The translations under genes were made by a program, and so were the position numbers. This document shows positions 58,513-63,096 of a DNA stretch of 63,096 nucleotides, piece by piece. Under the pieces are notes generated by a model. It was not told the DNA's origin, did no database searches, and saw only the letters and a program-made list of their open reading frames with translations. The stretch is from an uncultured virus (IMG/VR IMGVR_UViG_3300043811_000078). Taxonomy: Duplodnaviria > Heunggongvirae > Uroviricota > Caudoviricetes. Location: the IMG/VR virus record IMGVR_UViG_3300043811_000078; one strand, given 5' to 3'. The first letter of the stretch is position 1. The number at the start of each line of letters is the position of its first letter.

Positions 58513-59165
58513 TGAAGACGATCACGAGAACCATCACCGCCATCACCGCCATCGCCGCCGCCGTGTCCCTCGCGGTCGCGGTCACCGCATGCAACAGCGG
58601 GAGTAGCGCGCCGAACGGCAACGCGCTCACTAACCAGCAGCAGCAGAACGACGACACGCAGTTCGCCTACGTTCAGCCGCTGCCGTACTTTCCGTTCAGC
58701 CAGATCCGGCAAGACCTCATCGAGATCGAGGCCATCAACGCCCTCGGTATCGCCTCGACCACGTTCGACTTCGTGCCCGGCATCGGTGCCCCCGTTCTGT
58801 CGTGCCCGTCGATCGGGGTGCCGATCCCGGACACTGACAACCTGTCCAATCCGGTCGTCGCCCAGTGGAACAACGGCGGCACCAACGGCGAGGCTGGCGT
58901 CGGCGTCGGCCAGGAGGAACCGGAGGGCGTCTTCACCGGGGACACGACGGGTACCAGCGGCCTGCGCGTCAACAGCACTGGCGGCCAGTACCTCAACGAC
59001 GACGAGGCGTACGACATCTCGGTGACCGCCCCCGCCTACTGGGACCAGACCATGAACGGCGGCCGGGGTGGCATTCACATCAACGGGACGCCCGTCATGC
59101 CGGTATGCAAGGTCAAGATTCTCAACGCCGCGAAGCAGCAGGCCGAGGAAGTCTGCACCAAGTAA
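58512..59165 (+). CDS. Lipoprotein
   Basis: SLAVAVTA-C lipobox; CPSIGVPIP, EPEGVF motifs. Confidence 0.7.
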   Translation: MKTITRTITAITAIAAAVSLAVAVTACNSGSSAPNGNALTNQQQQNDDTQFAYVQPLPYFPFSQIRQDLIEIEAINALGIASTTFDFVPGIGAPVLSCPSIGVPIPDTDNLSNPVVAQWNNGGTNGEAGVGVGQEEPEGVFTGDTTGTSGLRVNSTGGQYLNDDEAYDISVTAPAYWDQTMNGGRGGIHINGTPVMPVCKVKILNAAKQQAEEVCTK

Positions 59166-59363
59166 CCATCCCCGCGCCCGGCCACTGCATCCCTGGAGGA
59201 CGACGCGGAGGCCCTGAACCCCGCCGAGTGGACGCGCCTCTACGACCTCGCCCTGGCAGCCGACGACGCCCGCCCGGCCGCCAGGCGCCCGTAACCACCC
59301 GTCCCGCGCCCCTGGCCGGAGGTAGCGGCCAGGGACACGGGCAACCGCAAGGAGATCACCAGA

Positions 59364-59576
59364 GTGAGCAGAAACTCCAGTTCATCCTCATCGTCTAGCG
59401 GCATCGGCTTCGCCGGACTGCTGACGATCGCATTCATCGTCCTCAAGCTGATCCATGAGATCCGCTGGTCGTGGTGGTGGGTCCTGTCGCCGCTGTGGAT
59501 CGGCGCGGCACTGGCCGTCGTCATCGTCCTGCTGGTGCTCGGCTTCGCCGCGATCGTCGCGGTGGTGAAGCGATGA
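59364..59576 (+). CDS. Small phage membrane protein (LKL...WSWWWVLSPLW type)
   Basis: GIGFAGLLTIAFIVLKL..WSWWWVLSPLWI. Confidence 0.75.
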   Translation: MSRNSSSSSSSSGIGFAGLLTIAFIVLKLIHEIRWSWWWVLSPLWIGAALAVVIVLLVLGFAAIVAVVKR

Positions 59577-60130
59577 AAATGCGCACCAGCGTCAAGGGCG
59601 CCACGACCGACGACCTAGACGAGTACGCGGGCGCGGCGATCCGCGAGTCTCTCGCGAACGGCGCGGCCGGCATCCGCGACGTGATCATGACCAGCACCGA
59701 CGACCTGCGGGATGTCGGCACCGAAGAGCATGTCACCATCACCGAGGACGACGGGACGGTCCTGTGGTCAGGATGGCTGGATAAGCACCTGACCGGACCC
59801 GCGCCCGACGCCGCCGAATCGGCAGCGGCCGGGATGCTCGCCGCCCTGTATGAGGGGACGGACGACTCTGCCGCCCGGTGGGCTGCCATCAATATCGCCG
59901 AGCAGGCCGGGGTCACGGCGCAGTCCGCGGGCCGGCCGCCGGGCGTCCCCGGCGATCCGGTGGAGGCCGCCCCCGGACTGGACGCCGCGATGGCCGAGAC
60001 GCGCGAGCTCCGCTCCCTCCTCACCGAGGTCCTGGCGGACTTTGAGCACACCGTCCGCTATGACCTGACGCCCGCGATGCGCGCACGTTTCGCCGGGTGG
60101 CGCCAGCGCGCCGGGATCGGGGAAGCCTGA
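59573..60130 (+). CDS. Hypothetical protein
   Basis: Coupled ORF. Confidence 0.55.
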   Translation: MKMRTSVKGATTDDLDEYAGAAIRESLANGAAGIRDVIMTSTDDLRDVGTEEHVTITEDDGTVLWSGWLDKHLTGPAPDAAESAAAGMLAALYEGTDDSAARWAAINIAEQAGVTAQSAGRPPGVPGDPVEAAPGLDAAMAETRELRSLLTEVLADFEHTVRYDLTPAMRARFAGWRQRAGIGEA

Positions 60131-60420
60131 TGGAGATCCGCAACCCTGACCTTCTCCGCGCCGCCGCCAAGGTGGCCGTCACGGAACGCCGGGCGGGTGC
60201 TGCGATGATCCAGCGGAAGGTCCGTGTAGGTTTCGCGGCTGCCGCCGGGCTGCTGGACCAGCTGGCCGCGCTGGGGATCGTCGGCGAGCGCGACCCGGAG
60301 GGGTGGCGTCACGCGATCGTCACCGCGGACGAGGCGCAGCGCATCCTTGAGCGCGCCGGGATCGGAGACGAGGCCGCCGCCCGCCGCCTTTCCCAGATGG
60401 TCCTGGAGATGCCGTCATGA
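60130..60420 (+). CDS. Stand-alone FtsK-gamma (winged helix) domain protein
   Basis: DLLRAAAKVAV..AGAAMIQRKVRVGFAAAAGLLDQLAALGIVG. Confidence 0.8.
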   Translation: MEIRNPDLLRAAAKVAVTERRAGAAMIQRKVRVGFAAAAGLLDQLAALGIVGERDPEGWRHAIVTADEAQRILERAGIGDEAAARRLSQMVLEMPS

Positions 60421-61268
60421 CCAGCCTCAAGCCCCCCTTTACATATTTCGGCGGCAAGCTGGCCATCGCGGAGAAGATCGCCGCGCTTCTCCCGCCGCAT
60501 GAGCACTACGTGGAGCCGTTCGCCGGGAGCCTCGCGGTGCTGCTGGCCAAGAAACGGTCACCGATGGAAACCGTCAACGATCTCGACGGCAACCTGATGT
60601 GCTTCTGGCGGGTACTCCGCGACCGCCCGGGTGATCTGGAGCGGGTCTGCGCGCTGACCCCCCACTCGCGGGCCGAGCATGAGAACGCCCGCACCCTCGA
60701 CGGAGATGATCTTGAGCGGGCGCGGAAGGTCTGGGTGCTGCTGACGCAGGGCCGCGCCGGCCACCTCCCGCCCGTGAGCAGCGGATGGCGGCACTACCAG
60801 GACCCGCGAGGGTCAGGCTCGTCATCGATGCCGGACTACCTCGGCTCGTACATCGGCCGCATGGGCGCCGCCGCCGAGCGGCTGCGGGCCGTCTCGCTGG
60901 AATGCCGTCCCGCTGCTGAGCTGATCGAACGCTACGGCCGCCACGGCGGTGTCCTGATCTACGCGGACCCGCCGTACCTCGCCTCGGTGCGAACCCTGAA
61001 CAAGGGCCGGTGCCGGGGACCGGACTACGCCCATGAGCTGCGCACTGATGACGAGCACCGCGAGCTGGCCCGGTCGCTGCGCGACGCCCGGGCGGCAGTC
61101 GTCGTGCCCGGCTACGACAGCCCGCTTTACGGTGAGCTGTACGACGGGTGGCACCGCGCCGAGCTGGCGGGCGTGGCGGGCAACGGGACCAGCACGGCGC
61201 GTACCGAGGTCATCTGGTCCAACCGGCCGTTCCCCCAGGGGAGCCTGTTCGACCTGGAGTCAGCGTGA
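60417..61268 (+). CDS. Dam-like (D12 class) N6-adenine DNA methyltransferase
   Basis: YFGGK, YVEPFAGS, VNDLD, YADPPY. Confidence 0.9.
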   Translation: MTSLKPPFTYFGGKLAIAEKIAALLPPHEHYVEPFAGSLAVLLAKKRSPMETVNDLDGNLMCFWRVLRDRPGDLERVCALTPHSRAEHENARTLDGDDLERARKVWVLLTQGRAGHLPPVSSGWRHYQDPRGSGSSSMPDYLGSYIGRMGAAAERLRAVSLECRPAAELIERYGRHGGVLIYADPPYLASVRTLNKGRCRGPDYAHELRTDDEHRELARSLRDARAAVVVPGYDSPLYGELYDGWHRAELAGVAGNGTSTARTEVIWSNRPFPQGSLFDLESA

Positions 61269-62743
61269 GCGCGGTCATCCTGCGCGGGGACGCCGCGCAC
61301 CTGCCGATGGCGGACGCAAGCGTGGATTCTGTCGTCTGCGATCCTCCGTACGGCTTGGCCGAGTTGCCCACGGCCATGGTGCTCAAGGCGATCGCGGCGT
61401 GGATGGCGGGCGACCGGACCCACGTCCCGGACGGGCGCGGTTTCATGGGCCGCGAGTGGGACAAGTTCGTCCCGCCACCCGGTGTGTGGGACGAGTGCCT
61501 GCGGGTCCTCAAGCCTGGCGGCCACCTGCTCGCGTTCGCCGGCCCGCGCACCGTGGACCTGATGACGCTCTCGATCCGCATCGCCGGATTTGAGATCCGC
61601 GACAGCATTTCATGGGTATTTGGCCAAGGATTTCCGAAATCGCATGATGTGTCCAAGGCTATCGACCGGATGGCCGGCGCGGAACGCGAAATCACCGCGA
61701 CGGGCACACCCCTCAAGCGGATGATCCCCGGCGCGACCCAGAACCGGACCGGACAGTGGGCCAAGGACGACGGGCGTGAGTTCGTTCCCGCGCAGACCGC
61801 GCCCGCCACCGAGGACGCTGCCCGCTGGGACGGATGGGGCACCGCACTCAAACCGGCTCACGAGCCGATCGTCGTGGCCCGTAAGCCTCTCGCCGGGAAG
61901 ACCGTCGCGGCCAACGTCCTGGAGCACGGGACCGGCGCGCTCAACATCGACGGCTGCCGCGTCTCCGTCACGGATCCCGACTACGCCCGCAACGCATCCG
62001 GCGACCGGGGACACGACGAGAACCGGACCCGCGCGATGGACTTCGCCATGACCGCAGGAAAGGCACACGACGCGGGCCGCTGGCCGGGAAACATCCTGCT
62101 GAGCCACTCTCCGGGGTGCGAGATGACCGGGATGCGGCGGGTGCGCCCTGCCGCACATGGGCCATCGCGCGGAACAACTCCCCGCGCCGCCAGCGACGTC
62201 TACGGAACGATCAGTGACGACGCCCCAGGCTCCCATGCCGACGCTGATGGCATGGAGACCGTCGAGGCGTGGGACTGCGCAGACGGCTGCCCGGTAGCCG
62301 AGCTGGACCGGCAGAGCGGGGTGTCCACCTCCCAGGGCGGCCGGATGCGTCGCACCGCCCTCGGGGTCATGAACGACGATGGCTGGCAGCCGACCGGACA
62401 GGAAACCCTTCACTTCGGCGACACCGGAGGCGCGTCCCGCTTTTTCCCGGTGTTCCGCTACCAGGCGAAGGCCCCGGCATCCGAGCGTCCCCGCCTCGAG
62501 GACGGCACTGCTTGGCCGACCGTCAAGCCCGTCGAGCTGATGCGCTGGCTTGCCCGGCTGGTGACACCGCCCGGCGGCACGGTCCTCGATCCCTTCTGCG
62601 GTACCGGCACGACCGGTGAGGCCGCGATCCTGGAGGGCTTCGACGCAGTCTTGATCGACAAAGATCCGGACGCCCTGGCGCTCACCCGCGTCCGGCTGGC
62701 CAAGCCGGTACAGCCGGGCCTGTTCGGCCTGGAGGCGTCATGA
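61265..62743 (+). CDS. N4/N6 DNA methyltransferase (beta class)
   Basis: VVCDPPYGL, GFPKS, TALKPAHEPI, PTVKP, VLDPFCGTGTT. Confidence 0.9.
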   Translation: MSAVILRGDAAHLPMADASVDSVVCDPPYGLAELPTAMVLKAIAAWMAGDRTHVPDGRGFMGREWDKFVPPPGVWDECLRVLKPGGHLLAFAGPRTVDLMTLSIRIAGFEIRDSISWVFGQGFPKSHDVSKAIDRMAGAEREITATGTPLKRMIPGATQNRTGQWAKDDGREFVPAQTAPATEDAARWDGWGTALKPAHEPIVVARKPLAGKTVAANVLEHGTGALNIDGCRVSVTDPDYARNASGDRGHDENRTRAMDFAMTAGKAHDAGRWPGNILLSHSPGCEMTGMRRVRPAAHGPSRGTTPRAASDVYGTISDDAPGSHADADGMETVEAWDCADGCPVAELDRQSGVSTSQGGRMRRTALGVMNDDGWQPTGQETLHFGDTGGASRFFPVFRYQAKAPASERPRLEDGTAWPTVKPVELMRWLARLVTPPGGTVLDPFCGTGTTGEAAILEGFDAVLIDKDPDALALTRVRLAKPVQPGLFGLEAS

Positions 62744-63078
62744 CCGGTACCCCGGACCCGGTCCGCCCCCCTCCCCCCGGGCTCCTGGTGGACTTCGCCT
62801 GCGCGATGCGCGCCGACTGGGACCCTGACGACCTCCGCAAGGCGATCACTGCCGCTGTCGGTGCCACCTGGCACCCGCTGGACGTCACCGCCGAGGTGTG
62901 GCGGCTCATCCATGACCCGGACGGTGAGCCTGCGGACCTGAGGAACGCGGCCCGCAGGCCGGTACTGCGGCCCGCGACGGGGGCGGAAGTCGCCGCGCGG
63001 GGGAAAGCCGCGGTGCTCGCCGCGATCGAGGAGGCCCGGCACTCCGGGGAGATGCCCGTCCTCCGGGAGGGTCCCTGA
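62740..63078 (+). CDS. Hypothetical protein (paralogue of 57660-58001)
   Basis: Diverged N-terminus, identical C-terminus. Confidence 0.65.
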   Translation: MTGTPDPVRPPPPGLLVDFACAMRADWDPDDLRKAITAAVGATWHPLDVTAEVWRLIHDPDGEPADLRNAARRPVLRPATGAEVAARGKAAVLAAIEEARHSGEMPVLREGP

Positions 63079-63096
63079 GCGGCGCGGGAAGCGCCG
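62862..63096 (+). repeat. 235-bp exact direct repeat, copy 2 (runs to the window end)
   Basis: Identical to 57785-58019. Confidence 0.92.

Noticed and set aside
58531..58563. CCATCACCG short tandem repeats
   Set aside because: They encode the ITAITAIAAA signal peptide; ordinary low complexity
60417..62743. Restriction-modification system
   Set aside because: No cognate endonuclease adjacent; orphan methyltransferases are typical of actinophages
57785..63096. 235-bp repeat as phage terminal repeat or att site
   Set aside because: Both copies lie at one end of the window inside paralogous genes, with no integrase nearby

Overview
High-GC actinobacterial sequence, best read as part of a large temperate phage or phage-plasmid. 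Left arm (1-15.7 kb, minus strand): packaging and head genes, comprising a scaffold-like protein cut by the window edge, XkdF-type protease, MuF minor head protein, portal-Nudix fusion, TerL with a SWIM tail, TerS, a beta-helix fibre and probable late regulators, with small plus-strand genes inserted among them. 15.8-27.7 kb: a module resembling actinomycete conjugative elements (FtsK/TraB translocase, Spd-like membrane proteins, Xis-like HTH, tandem WhiB, HTH-Nudix repressor). 27.7-33 kb: a RelE/Phd toxin-antitoxin pair, a replication initiator with a DnaA box and iterons, and a three-gene RNA-repair operon (RlaP-like nucleotidyltransferase, CCA-adding/HD enzyme, RtcB). 33-43 kb: accessory genes (BCS1-like AAA ATPase, RHH operon, XRE/EEP/methyltransferase cassette). 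43-63 kb: a CI/Cro-like switch and a rightward early arm (ERF, DnaQ-like exonuclease, XRE genes, SpoU, a second initiator and origin, DNA methyltransferases), ending inside a 235-bp exact repeat. No integrase, major capsid, tail, tRNA or CRISPR was recognised. The main observations are the phage/TraB-conjugation hybrid, a probable programmed -1 frameshift fusing portal-Nudix to MuF, and the RNA-repair operon. All family calls come from reading motifs by eye, not from database searches.
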